The notes under the pieces were generated by a model. The model was not told the DNA's origin. It saw only the letters and a list, made by a program, of their open reading frames with translations, and did not search any database. A program made the translations under genes and the position numbers. This document shows positions 1-9,357 of a DNA stretch of 64,000 nt, piece after piece. The stretch covers positions 1 through 64,000 of the forward strand of contig CAZBBK010000006.1 in NCBI GenBank assembly GCA_964490075.1, given 5' to 3'. The DNA comes from an uncultured Gemmatimonadota bacterium. GTDB taxonomy: Bacteria > GCA-2686955. Within the stretch, counting starts at the first letter, position 1; each line of letters begins with the position of its first letter.

Positions 1-2
1 TA

Positions 3-935
3 TCAAAATCATGGGGTCCACCCCCGCGCTGCCAGAACTCCTCGATGAACTCCCCTTCTTGGAGCTTCGGTTTCTTCAGCTCCCCCCCTGAAGTTACGCT
101 CGAAGACTGCCGAATGGACCGGGGGAACACGTACAGCGGGCGAGGAATTCAGGCCAAGGGAGGCGAGCTCAGGCTTCGCGACTGCGAAATCAGTAGATGC
201 AACGCTTGTGGCGACGGTGGCGCCATCGCCATGGAATACGGAGCGCAGCTCCAAGCATGGAGCTGCGTGATCAGGGACAATCGCGCTTCGGGCAGCGGCG
301 GTGGTATAGACCTGCGGAGTGGTACCGCTCATCTCTTCAACTGCATCGTGAGCGGCAACAGCTCCTATTACGAAGGCGGCGGGATCGATTGCTCTCCTGG
401 GGGACTGCTCTACTCAGAAGCGCGCATCATCGCTGGTAATGCGTCGGGATGGGACGGCGGCGGCATCTCCAACTGGAGCGATCAGCGCACGACTTGGCTC
501 AAGAACTGCACTGTTCTAGGCAACACAGGTGCCTGGGAAGGGGGCGGTATTTGGAGTTTGGTACCGGTAGGCGCGGTCGACGTCATCAATTGCATCATCA
601 GGGACAACGTCCCCGATCAGATCTCCGGGGTCGATTTCGAAGCCCGGTACTGCAACATCTTGGGCGGTTACGCCGGAGAGGGGAACATAGACGCTGATCC
701 GATTTTCGTTTCGGCCGGAGGTTTCGATCACCTGCTCGGACCGAACTCGCCTTGCATCGACGCGGGAGATCCCGCTGTGGAAGACCAAATCTACGACTGG
801 TTGCCCCAGTGGCCCTATTCGAATGGGCCTCGATCCGACATGGGCGCGTACGGTGGTGCGAGCAATCGCGGTTGGCTGCCGGCTCGCGCGTGGAGTCGGA
901 GGGCCTGGGACTCGATGGGGGAGGCGGAAGACTAG
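3..935 (+). CDS. Right-handed parallel beta-helix repeat protein, probably 5'-truncated by the window edge
   Basis: Frame is open from base 3. Repeated 'GN.A..GGGI' units; C-terminal GNIDADPIF...SPCIDAGDP...SDMGAYGG motif shared with 33928-35454 and 35553-36851. Confidence 0.8.
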   Translation, partial: SKSWGPPPRCQNSSMNSPSWSFGFFSSPPEVTLEDCRMDRGNTYSGRGIQAKGGELRLRDCEISRCNACGDGGAIAMEYGAQLQAWSCVIRDNRASGSGGGIDLRSGTAHLFNCIVSGNSSYYEGGGIDCSPGGLLYSEARIIAGNASGWDGGGISNWSDQRTTWLKNCTVLGNTGAWEGGGIWSLVPVGAVDVINCIIRDNVPDQISGVDFEARYCNILGGYAGEGNIDADPIFVSAGGFDHLLGPNSPCIDAGDPAVEDQIYDWLPQWPYSNGPRSDMGAYGGASNRGWLPARAWSRRAWDSMGEAED

Positions 936-1000
936 ACCAGGCTCAGAACCGATCCAGCCCCCATTGTACGGCCCCCGTATGCTCCCATGTCGGCGCTCGG
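936..1000 (-). pseudogene. Remnant of a beta-helix protein C-terminus
   Basis: Minus strand reads PSADMGAYGG and, after a 1-nt shift, YNGGWIG, matching the tail of the three intact paralogues. No upstream body. Confidence 0.5.
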
Positions 1001-1163
1001 CCCGCTGGGTGTCCGATTCGGCCAGAGTGATGGCACCGGGAGCTTCGCCGCCGACATCCCCACGCCCGGCCTACCCGACGCCCACATTTTCGTGCAGACC
1101 CTCGTGACGACCGCCGGGGCGGATAAGGGCTCCAATGCGGAGGGGGTGGCGGTCTGTCCCTGA
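987..1163 (+). pseudogene. Short ORF resembling an orphan C-terminal domain of a secreted protein
   Basis: 58-aa ORF MSALGPLGVRFGQSDGTGSFAADIPTPGLPDAHIFVQTLVTTAGADKGSNAEGVAVCP with coding-like codon use; family not identified. Confidence 0.3.
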
Positions 1164-1199
1164 CGGGGCGACTCCCGAGGCAGCGAGTCGACCGGTGGG

Positions 1200-1913
1200 T
1201 CACTCCGGCAGATCGGTGAAACGCAGCCAAACGAGGTAGATGCTCGTGCCGAACACGCTGAGCTGCCCCTCCAGCCAGGAGCGGTGCTTGAACCACAGGG
1301 GAGAAGTGTAGTTGGCGACCAGAAACTCATCGGCGGAGGCGCGCAGCACCGAGGGGAAGGCGGTGTCGGCCGCTCCGGGCAGGTCGATGAGATGCTCCAC
1401 CTGATGCCGCTCGCGGTCGATTCGATAGAGCGCGGAGCGCTTCGGTCGACTGGAATAGGCCGGCAGGTAGATCGAGCGCTGCAGCGGGATCGGCAGAAGA
1501 TCCAGCCCCATATCGTAGGGACCGCCCACGTCGCGACGGGCGAGCAGATAGAGCTCGCGCCCTCTGCGGAACATGCGCGGCGAGTCGTAGCGCTCCGGAT
1601 CACACGGTGACGGGAACCGCCACGCCCCCAGGTCGCCCGCAGGAGCCCACGCCACATGAGACCCGAAACCGCTTCGATCGCCATCTTCGTTGCGCGTGAC
1701 CGCCCACAGATCGCCCCCCTCGTCGAATTCGAAGGCCGCCTCGGACACGCCGCCGCGGTCCTGAGCCTGGGCGCGCGCCTGTCGCTCTTCGACGATTGAA
1801 CTTGTCGTCTTGGGCGAGATGCCGATCCGGCTCGAGCGCTGTCGTGCGATCCTGGATATCGGTCTTCGCCGGAACGACGGCCCGATCCACAGGTACCGAC
1901 CCCATTCCAACAA
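1200..1913 (-). pseudogene. Probably 5'-truncated beta-propeller/BNR-like hypothetical protein
   Basis: From about 1755 it reads as globular protein (GVSEAAFEFD...WAVTRNEDGD...DLPGAADTAFPS...VANYTSP); the first ~55 codons look non-coding. Confidence 0.45.
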
Positions 1914-1931
1914 AGTAGCGACAGGGTAGGC

Positions 1932-2090
1932 TCAAATCATGTCGACGTAGGACGATGCGACCAGATCGTGGGGGGCGATCTCGAGCTGCTCCATCAAGCG
2001 CTCGACGATCCGCGCGCCCGCCGCCACCGATTACCGAGGCTCCAACACGACTTCCAGCTCGATGAAGTCGCCGAGGTCTTCGACGCGGGC
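1932..2090 (-). pseudogene. CYTH / class IV adenylate cyclase (CyaB-like) C-terminal fragment
   Basis: Manual translation RVEDLGDFIELEVVLEPR*SVAAGARIVERLMEQLEIAPHDLVASSYVDMI*; in-frame TAA at 2031-2033; N-terminus missing. Confidence 0.65.
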
Positions 2091-2159
2091 GAAGCCCCGG
2101 GCGCAGGCGCATCGCCGCTACCAGCGCGACTCGACCGGAGGACGACGGTTTCACCGTGC

Positions 2160-2309
2160 CGTTCCGGGGACGCTAGAGGGCGCTTTCGAGCAGGCCCGGA
2201 TCGCGAACCCGAAGGTCCCTCCAAAGCGCTCCAGCAGGCGCCGATGGATGGCGAGCACCGCATCGACCGCCGGAAACCGTACTCGGTCACGAACCAGGTG
2301 GCGGGTCAT
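2160..2309 (-). pseudogene. Fic/Doc (death-on-curing) toxin N-terminal fragment
   Basis: FPAVDAVLAIHRRLLERFGG, then a frameshift to GVRDPGLLESAL*RPR, the typical Doc N-terminus with a premature stop; no Fic catalytic motif. Confidence 0.65.
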
Positions 2310-2326
2310 GGACGACACCGACCCCG

Positions 2327-3157
2327 TCAATCCCCGCCCTTCGCCCTCGATCCCTTCGGTAGCTCGGCGAGCGAAGTGACCTCCGCCGCATCCCCCTTGC
2401 GCCGAACCGCCACCATTTCGGCCACCACCGCGAGCGCGATCTCCTCGGGCGTCTCGGCGCCGATGTCGAGTCCCATCGGGGCGTGAATCCGCGCGAAGCG
2501 CTCCTCCGGAGCTCCGGCGCTCTTCAGGCGCAGGCGGAAGCGCTGGATCTTGCTGCGGCTGCCGACCAGGCCGAGATAGCGGAACTCCCTGCCGATCAGC
2601 TCGGTCAGCAGCGCCTCGTCGGTGCGATGGGTGTGGGTGACGATCACGATGTAGTCGTCGGCACGCAGAGGGATCGCCGGCGCTGCATCGGAGAACTCCT
2701 CGACCCGCAGCTCGGTCGCCGAGGGGAAGCGATCCTTGGTCGCGAACTCCTCGCGGTCGTCGATGACCACGACCTGGAAACCCGCGTCCACGGCGTAACG
2801 GGCCAGCGGCCGGGCCACGTGACCGGCGCCGAAGAGGTAGAGGCGCGGCGCTCCGCCGAGCGCTTCGATCATCAATTCCACGGTTCCTCCACAGCACATG
2901 GCCAGGTCGGCGCCCAGGGCGTAGCTGCGACGCAGCGGCGACGCGCCCTCGAGCGCCCGCAGAGCCTCGGCCTTGACCTCTTCCTCGAGCCGTCCGCCCC
3001 CGATCGTGCCCTCGATCGCACCCGACGCGCGCACGATCATCCGAGTCCCCGCATGCCTGGGCGAGGACCCTTGGGTTTCGAGGATGGTGACCAGGACGAA
3101 GCGCTCACCGGCGTCAAGGAGCTCGGCCGCGCGGCGCAACAGATCGGCGAAGGTCAT
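2327..3157 (-). CDS. xdhC: Xanthine dehydrogenase accessory protein XdhC/CoxI
   Basis: GSSPRHAG, GTIGGG, MCCGG, FGAGHV, YLGLVGS and PMGLDIGAETPEEIA motifs. Confidence 0.9.
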   Translation of the reverse strand: MTFADLLRRAAELLDAGERFVLVTILETQGSSPRHAGTRMIVRASGAIEGTIGGGRLEEEVKAEALRALEGASPLRRSYALGADLAMCCGGTVELMIEALGGAPRLYLFGAGHVARPLARYAVDAGFQVVVIDDREEFATKDRFPSATELRVEEFSDAAPAIPLRADDYIVIVTHTHRTDEALLTELIGREFRYLGLVGSRSKIQRFRLRLKSAGAPEERFARIHAPMGLDIGAETPEEIALAVVAEMVAVRRKGDAAEVTSLAELPKGSRAKGGD

Positions 3158-3178
3158 GGGGCGATGCTAGCACCGGCT

Positions 3179-3194
3179 GGGCATGACCCTTGCA
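3179..3194 (+). promoter_or_regulatory. Sigma54-type -24/-12 promoter motif upstream of radC
   Basis: GGGCATGACCCTTGCA: GG-N10-GC with GGCAYG and TTGCA blocks, intergenic. Confidence 0.5.
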
Positions 3195-3273
3195 ATTCGC
3201 CATCCCCGCGCCACCTTCCGGGCCGGCGCAACGTCGGAAACACGTTGAAAACTGGCGACTTGGATGATTCGAA

Positions 3274-4101
3274 ATGTCAAAGACCGACCCCCGAAGGGGT
3301 GAATGCGAGACCCCCGGCACCGGCTCGCCGATCGAACTGAATCCGCTGCGCATCCCGGCGCTCGCGACGATCCCGCGCGATCAGGAGCAACGCCCGCGGG
3401 AGCGGCTGCGCGCACTCGGGCCGATCGCACTGACCGACGCCGAGCTGCTGGCCCTGATTCTGGCCACCGGGGCGCGCGGGGTTTCGGCAACGGAACTGGC
3501 CGGCCGCCTGCTGGAGTGGGGTGGGGGACTGCGCAGCCTGGGTTGCCGCGGAATCGGGGAGCTGGAGCGCTGCCACGGACTGGGCCCGGCCAAGGCGTCG
3601 CGCCTCGCCGCCGCCTTCGAGATCGGACGGCGAGTGGCGCGGATGCCGCTGCACGCCGGCGCCAGCATCGCCTCGGCGGCCGACGTGGCGGCCCATTTCG
3701 GTCCTCACCTGCGCGACCGCAAGCAGGAGGTCTTCTTCACGCTGCTGCTGGACGGCCGGCACCGTCTCTTGCGCTCCGCGCGGGTTGCCGAAGGATGCCT
3801 GACCGCCGCGCTGGTCCACCCGCGCGACGCGCTGCGCCCCGGCGTGCTGGAAGCGGCGGCGGCGTTGATCTTCGTCCACAACCACCCCTCCGGCGACCCC
3901 ACCCCCAGCCCCGAGGATCTCGACCTGACCCACCAGCTCGTCGAGGCAGCCGACATCCTGGCGATCGAAGTTCTCGACCACGTCATCCTGGGCGACAGCG
4001 CCCACACCAGCCTGGCCGCCGAGGGTCTGCTGCGGGCCGGCGGCACGCTCCGGTCGGGGGCGGCGGACCGCGGCGGCGGAGCGCCGTACCGGATGCGGTA
4101 G
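3274..4101 (+). CDS. radC: RadC / JAB-domain protein
   Basis: RPRERL...L(T)DAELLA, HhH GLGPAKA, HNHPSGDPTPSPED and LDHVI motifs; exact start uncertain. Confidence 0.9.
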   Translation: MSKTDPRRGECETPGTGSPIELNPLRIPALATIPRDQEQRPRERLRALGPIALTDAELLALILATGARGVSATELAGRLLEWGGGLRSLGCRGIGELERCHGLGPAKASRLAAAFEIGRRVARMPLHAGASIASAADVAAHFGPHLRDRKQEVFFTLLLDGRHRLLRSARVAEGCLTAALVHPRDALRPGVLEAAAALIFVHNHPSGDPTPSPEDLDLTHQLVEAADILAIEVLDHVILGDSAHTSLAAEGLLRAGGTLRSGAADRGGGAPYRMR

Positions 4102-4144
4102 ACTCGCCGGGTCCACCGAAGAACCCGTCGCCGGAAGAGCCCAA

Positions 4145-5347
4145 ATGCCGTATCTGCTGCGTCTCAATCCGCTCGTCGATCGAATCCAACCCTCTGCCAC
4201 GATTGCGATTAGCAACCGCGCCCGCGAACTGAAACGGGCCGGGGTCGACGTCATCTCGTTGAGCGCTGGCGAGCCCGACTTCGACACCCCGGAGCACATC
4301 GTGCAGGGCGCCATCGACGGCATCCGCGCCGGCATGACCCGCTACACGCCGGCCGACGGCGCGGTGGAGCTGAAGCAGGCGATCGCCGACAAGCTGCGGC
4401 GCGAGAACGGGCTCGACTACGCGCTCGACGAGATCGCCGCCTCCTGCGGCGGCAAACACACCCTGCACAACATCCTGGCGGTGATCCTCTCCCCCGGCGA
4501 CGAGGTGATCATCCCCACCCCCTACTGGGTCAGCTACCCAGAGCAGGTGCGCCTGGCTGGCGGCGTTCCCAGCTTTGTCGAAACCACCGCCGCCGAGGGC
4601 TTCCACGCCTCACCCGATGCTCTCGAGGCGGCGATCGGCCCGCGCACCCGGGCCCTGATCGTCAACTCGCCGAGCAACCCGACCGGCGCCGTCTACAGCC
4701 CGGACGAGCTGCGCGCGATCGTCGACCTGGCCGTCCGGCGCGGGCTCTTGATCATCTCCGACGAGGTCTACGAGCACATCCTCTACGACGCTGCGGAGCA
4801 GGTCTCGACGGCATCGCTCACGGCCGCGGCCCGCGACCACGTGATCGTTGCCAACTCGGTCAGCAAGACTTACGCCATGACCGGATGGCGCGTCGGCTAC
4901 GCCGCCGGTCCCGCCAAGATCATGCGCGCCATCGCCCGCTTGCAGAGCCACCAGAGCCAGAACCCCGCCGCCCCCTCCCAGGCCGCTGCCATCGCTGCGC
5001 TGAACGGGGGGCTCGACTGTGTGGTGACCATGGCCGAGGCCTTTACCGAGCGCCGCAGGCGGACCATCGCGGCGATCGAGAGCATCGAGGGCCTGCGGTT
5101 GTCGCCCCCGCGGGGAGCTTTCTACGCCTTCCCCGACGCCACCGAGCTGCTACGCCGAGCCGGGACAGGAATGCGCGGATCGGTCGATCTCTGTGCCTAC
5201 CTGCTGGACGAGTACAAGGTCGCCTGCGTGCCGGGTGAAGCATTCGGTGCGCCGACCTGCTTCCGAATCTCCTTTGCCACCGCCACCGATGCGCTGACCG
5301 AAGCGCTGGAGAGGATCGCCGAGGCGTTCGCCAAGCTGGCCCACTGA
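4145..5347 (+). CDS. aspC: PLP-dependent class I/II (aspartate) aminotransferase
   Basis: GEPDFDTP, NSPSNPTG, SDEVYE and SKTYAMTGWRVG (PLP lysine). Confidence 0.88.
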   Translation: MPYLLRLNPLVDRIQPSATIAISNRARELKRAGVDVISLSAGEPDFDTPEHIVQGAIDGIRAGMTRYTPADGAVELKQAIADKLRRENGLDYALDEIAASCGGKHTLHNILAVILSPGDEVIIPTPYWVSYPEQVRLAGGVPSFVETTAAEGFHASPDALEAAIGPRTRALIVNSPSNPTGAVYSPDELRAIVDLAVRRGLLIISDEVYEHILYDAAEQVSTASLTAAARDHVIVANSVSKTYAMTGWRVGYAAGPAKIMRAIARLQSHQSQNPAAPSQAAAIAALNGGLDCVVTMAEAFTERRRRTIAAIESIEGLRLSPPRGAFYAFPDATELLRRAGTGMRGSVDLCAYLLDEYKVACVPGEAFGAPTCFRISFATATDALTEALERIAEAFAKLAH

Positions 5348-5410
5348 CCGACACGAACCATGCCCCCGGCCGGCCGCCGCGACGTCCGCGAACCCATAAG
5401 GACCGTCGCC

Positions 5411-6973
5411 ATGACCAAAGTGCTGATCGCCGATGCCGTGGACTCGGTCTGCGCCGACCGCCTGCGCCAGACCTGCGAGGTTGTGGAGCGCCCGGGTTTG
5501 GACCCGGAGGCGCTCGCCGAGGCCGCCGCCGAAGCCGAAGTGATGGTGGTGCGCAGCGGAGCGCGGGTGACGGAGCAGGTGATTCGCGCCGGCCGCAGCC
5601 TGCGCCTGATCGGCCGCGCCGGAGCTGGAGTCGACACCATCGACGTCACCGCCGCGACCCGCCACGGCGTGATCGTCATGAACACGCCCGGCGGCAACGC
5701 TGTTTCGACCGCCGAGCACACAGTCGCGCTGCTCTTCTCCTGCGCCCGCAACGTCGCCGAATCCGACCGCAGCCTGCGGGCCGGCCGCTGGGAGCGCAAG
5801 CGTTTCGTCGGCACCGAGCTGCGCGGCAAGACCCTGGGCATCGTGGGCCTCGGCAAAGTCGGCAAGGAGGTGGCGCGGATCGCCGGCGGGCTCGGCATGA
5901 AGGTCATCGCCCACGATCCCTTCCTGGCGGAGTCGGAATCGGCCGCCCTGGTCGACCTGGACCGACTCTTCGCAGAGGCCGACTTCGTGAGCCTGCACAC
6001 CCCCCTGACCGAGACCACCCGCCACCTGGTCGACGCCCGGAGACTGGCGTCGATGAAGCCGAGCGCGCGCCTCATCAACTGTGCCCGAGGCGGGCTGGTC
6101 GACGAGCAAGCGCTGGCGGCGGCGGTGGCGGAGGGGAAGATCCTCGGTGCCGCGGTCGACGTCTACTCGAGCGAGCCCCCCACCAACGACCCGCTCCTGG
6201 AGGTGGACGCCATCACCACCACGCCCCATCTCGGCGCCTCGACCCGCGAGGCCCAGGTGCAGGTCGCGCTGCAGATCGCCGAGCAGATCGAGGCCTGGGT
6301 GAAGGACGGCAGCGTGGTCAACGCGGTCAACTTCCCTTCCCTGGGCGGGGAAGAGGCGGCCCGGATGGCGCCCTATCTCGAGCTGGCCACCGGCCTGGGA
6401 TCGTTCGCGGTGCAGCTGCTCGACCAGCCGCCGACCGAGCTCAAGGTCGAGGTGCACGGCGATCTGCTGGAGATCGACACCCGTCCCCTGATGGCCGCCG
6501 CCGCCAAGGGACTGCTCGATCAGATGCTCGACGAACCCACAAACCTGGTGAGCGCCACGACCTTGGCGCGGGATCGAGGAATCGAGCTGACCGAGATCCG
6601 CAGCTCCGAGCACGACGACTTCGCTGGACTGATCTCGGTCACGGTGGCGGGCAACGATCGCCTGCACAGCGTTGCCGGCACCCTCTTCGGCCGCAAGGAG
6701 GGGCGCCTGGTCGGTCTCGATGGGCGGCGCTTCGACGCCGCTCTGGCCGGGCCGATGCTGCTGGTCGCCAACGAGGACCGTCCCGGGGTCATGGGATCGC
6801 TCGGCACCCTGCTGGGCGAGCGTGGCATCAACATCGCCGCCATGAGCCTGTGCCGGGTGGAGGACGGGGCGCGCATCCTGTTGAACCTGGACGCCGCCGT
6901 TCCCGCCGAGGCGCTCGCCGAGATCGCCGCACGGCCGGAGTTCCGCGCGGTGCACACCTTTGCCATCTCCTAG
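5411..6973 (+). CDS. serA: D-3-phosphoglycerate dehydrogenase (type I, ASB+ACT domains)
   Basis: RAGAGVD, GLGKVG, NCARGG, PHLGASTREAQ and C-terminal ACT domain (NEDRPGVMG); start taken at MTKVLIAD. Confidence 0.9.
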   Translation: MTKVLIADAVDSVCADRLRQTCEVVERPGLDPEALAEAAAEAEVMVVRSGARVTEQVIRAGRSLRLIGRAGAGVDTIDVTAATRHGVIVMNTPGGNAVSTAEHTVALLFSCARNVAESDRSLRAGRWERKRFVGTELRGKTLGIVGLGKVGKEVARIAGGLGMKVIAHDPFLAESESAALVDLDRLFAEADFVSLHTPLTETTRHLVDARRLASMKPSARLINCARGGLVDEQALAAAVAEGKILGAAVDVYSSEPPTNDPLLEVDAITTTPHLGASTREAQVQVALQIAEQIEAWVKDGSVVNAVNFPSLGGEEAARMAPYLELATGLGSFAVQLLDQPPTELKVEVHGDLLEIDTRPLMAAAAKGLLDQMLDEPTNLVSATTLARDRGIELTEIRSSEHDDFAGLISVTVAGNDRLHSVAGTLFGRKEGRLVGLDGRRFDAALAGPMLLVANEDRPGVMGSLGTLLGERGINIAAMSLCRVEDGARILLNLDAAVPAEALAEIAARPEFRAVHTFAIS

Positions 6974-6979
6974 GCCCGG

Positions 6980-8068
6980 ATGGCCGACGCCACACCTCCA
7001 GAAAAACGAGGCGGTAGCGCGGAGCAAGAGCTCGCGCGCCTGCGCGAGCGCGTCGACAACCCGATTCTGCGAATCGACGGCAAGGGCAAGGTGGTGCTGG
7101 TCAACCGTGCCCTCGAGGCCCTCGTCGGCATCGAGCGGGCCCACATTCTCGGCTACCCGGCCACGCGAATCCTCAGCCGCGAGAGCATCGCCCGGGTTCG
7201 GACCGGCGACGCCCAAGGCGTCGAGCAGCTCGCCTTCGTCGCGGATGACGGCACGCGACGCACCTTGGCGGCGCTCCTGGAACGACTCCCCGACGGCGAG
7301 ATCGAGCTCTTGGCACAGGCATCGGTCGAGGTACCGGCCGCCCTGGTCGAGCTGCACGGCCGCGCGGCGATGGGCGCGATCACCGCCGAGGTCGCCCACG
7401 AGATCAACAACCACCTGCTGGTGCTCGGCGGCTATGCGCAGCTGATGCCGCTCCACGTCCAGCGCCAGGACTGGAGCCGGGTGGAGAAGGACGCGCAGAT
7501 GGTGGTGGCGGAGGTGGAGCGCTGCCGGGTGATGACCGACGGCATGCTGCGCTTCTCGCCGCGCTCCGGCGGCGAGACCCTCACGCCGCTCGGCATCGCG
7601 CTGCGCGAGACCAAGTCGTTCCTGTCACGGCTCAACCGCTTCGATTCGATCGCGCTGACGCTGGAGATCGGGACCCGCGCCCCGGCGGCAACGATCGCAC
7701 CGATGCTGTTCAGGCAGATGCTGCTCAATGCGCTGAGCGCGACCGCGGGAGTCCTCCACCGGAGCAGCGCGGGCAGAGGCGAGATCAGGGTGGCGCTGCG
7801 CGCCACGCGTGCCCAGGCCATCCTGGCGATCGCTGCGCGACCGCTCCCGGCGCCGGAAGGCGATGCCCCCCGGGAAGCGCCGCCGCCCCCCGGGGAACGG
7901 GGCCCGCTGCCGGCCGTGATCGACGCCCACCCCCGGATCTCCCACCAGGCCCTGGTGCGAATCTGCCGGGCGACCGACACCGAGATCGAGATCGCCCCCG
8001 CGGGAACCACGATCGGCCTCGACGCGACTCGTCTGGAGTTGCGGCTCCCGCTCGCCGAGGGGATTTGA
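6980..8068 (+). CDS. PAS + HisKA protein with degenerate ATPase domain
   Basis: PAS-like N-terminus (IDGKGKVVLVNRALEALVG), H-box AEVAHEINNHL, partial N-box QMLLN; no DxGxG or GxGLGL boxes. Confidence 0.7.
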   Translation: MADATPPEKRGGSAEQELARLRERVDNPILRIDGKGKVVLVNRALEALVGIERAHILGYPATRILSRESIARVRTGDAQGVEQLAFVADDGTRRTLAALLERLPDGEIELLAQASVEVPAALVELHGRAAMGAITAEVAHEINNHLLVLGGYAQLMPLHVQRQDWSRVEKDAQMVVAEVERCRVMTDGMLRFSPRSGGETLTPLGIALRETKSFLSRLNRFDSIALTLEIGTRAPAATIAPMLFRQMLLNALSATAGVLHRSSAGRGEIRVALRATRAQAILAIAARPLPAPEGDAPREAPPPPGERGPLPAVIDAHPRISHQALVRICRATDTEIEIAPAGTTIGLDATRLELRLPLAEGI

Positions 8069-8220
8069 CGAGCCCGATCGCTTCCGCGGGCGCAACGACA
8101 TTCCTGATCATATACTGATAGAGCTGACGGCTCCCACAGCGCCGGGGGGAGATCGGGGTTGTTGAACATCCCTGAACTTGGCGCCGAGGCCGTCGGGCAG
8201 AGCGACATTGCGTACAAGCG

Positions 8221-8291
8221 TTCGCAACTTCTTGAGTTTTGGTGCGTTGCGAAGAAAGGCCGTTGACACGCTCCAAACGCGGCGCTAAACA
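8221..8291 (+). promoter_or_regulatory. Inverted-repeat operator plus sigma70-like promoter
   Basis: TTCGCAAC-N17-GTTGCGAA (8221-8253), then TTGACA (8263-8268), 17 nt, TAAACA (8286-8291). Confidence 0.45.
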
Positions 8292-8474
8292 GATTCGTGC
8301 GTGGGCGAACCAGTCCGATTCGGCAGGGCCTGGCACCTCAGCGCCACGGCAGGAGTTCACCAGGACACGCCGCGCGGCACAGCCAGGGCGAGCTTTCCGC
8401 GATCGTCAGCGGCGATCGATCGCGGCGGCCGTCCCGGTACTGGATCGAAACCACTCCCACGCTGGAGGTCGAAG

Positions 8475-9041
8475 ATGGTCAACTCCGCCGAAGTCGGCAG
8501 GCGCATCAAGAAGATCCGCTCCGAGAAGCAGATGACGCTGCGCGATGTGGCGCGACGCGCCGGTGTGTCAGCAACCCTGATATCTGACATCGAGCGCGGC
8601 AAGACCTCTCCCACCATCAAGAGCCTCTCCAAGATCAGCCGGGCGCTCGACGAGAGCATCGTCCTGTTCATCGAAGACAGCCTGGCGACCGAGCTCTGCG
8701 TGACCACCCCCAAGGAACGCGCAACCGTGGTCTCGGATCGTGGCGAGCTGGTCATGACCTCGATGTCCGCCGGCATCTCCTCGAGCCACCTCGACATCGT
8801 CGAAGCGACCTATCAGCCCCATTCCAAGTCCCCCGCGCCGCTCGTGCATCACGGCGAGAAGTGCGGACTGGTGCTGAAAGGGGAGCTGGAGGTCGAGCTC
8901 AAGGGCCAGGTCCACCGGGTCTCGGCCGGCTCCAGCATCCACTTCAAGGCCGACCACCCGCACACCATCAGCAACCCCCTCGATGAGCCTACTCGGGTCC
9001 TTTGGGTGGTCACCCCGCGCCTGACGACCCCGGTTCTTTGA
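8475..9041 (+). CDS. XRE-family HTH regulator with cupin domain (PuuR-like)
   Basis: GGAGG RBS; VGRRIKKIR...ISDIERGKTSP HTH; HHGEKCGLVLKG...HTISNP cupin. Confidence 0.88.
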   Translation: MVNSAEVGRRIKKIRSEKQMTLRDVARRAGVSATLISDIERGKTSPTIKSLSKISRALDESIVLFIEDSLATELCVTTPKERATVVSDRGELVMTSMSAGISSSHLDIVEATYQPHSKSPAPLVHHGEKCGLVLKGELEVELKGQVHRVSAGSSIHFKADHPHTISNPLDEPTRVLWVVTPRLTTPVL

Positions 9042-9340
9042 CCTCGATCCGCGACACGATCCGCCTGGTCGCGCGGCTCTACACCTTTTGCGCGGCGGTC
9101 GTCGGCATGGCCGCCGGCATCGGCGCCGTCAGTCTGGTCACATGGGGGCGGAATCTGCCGGCGGTGGCGGGAGCTTGCGCGCTGCTCGCGCTCGCTGCCG
9201 TCGTGGTCGTCACGCTGCTGCTCATCGCCCAGCTCTTCGAGCTCCTGGTCGGCGCGGCGGCCGACCTGCGCGAACAGACTCTGCTGCTGCGACGACTCGC
9301 CGGGACATTGCGCGATCGCCCGGAGCAACTCCCGGAATAG
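9038..9340 (+). CDS. Small two-TM membrane protein
   Basis: TTG start overlaps the upstream stop; two hydrophobic segments. Confidence 0.6.
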   Translation: MTSIRDTIRLVARLYTFCAAVVGMAAGIGAVSLVTWGRNLPAVAGACALLALAAVVVVTLLLIAQLFELLVGAAADLREQTLLLRRLAGTLRDRPEQLPE

Positions 9341-9357
9341 CCGCCTCGAGGCGGAAT

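Noticed and set aside
3158-3340. Possible Moco riboswitch upstream of xdhC (small CCCC-GAA-GGGG hairpin near 3288)
   Set aside because: Only one short hairpin; no recognisable conserved riboswitch features.
5150-7456. Long antisense ORFs (also 53174-55885, 49122-51371, 33841-35532 and others)
   Set aside because: Shadow ORFs expected at high GC; they have no motifs and lie opposite well-supported genes.
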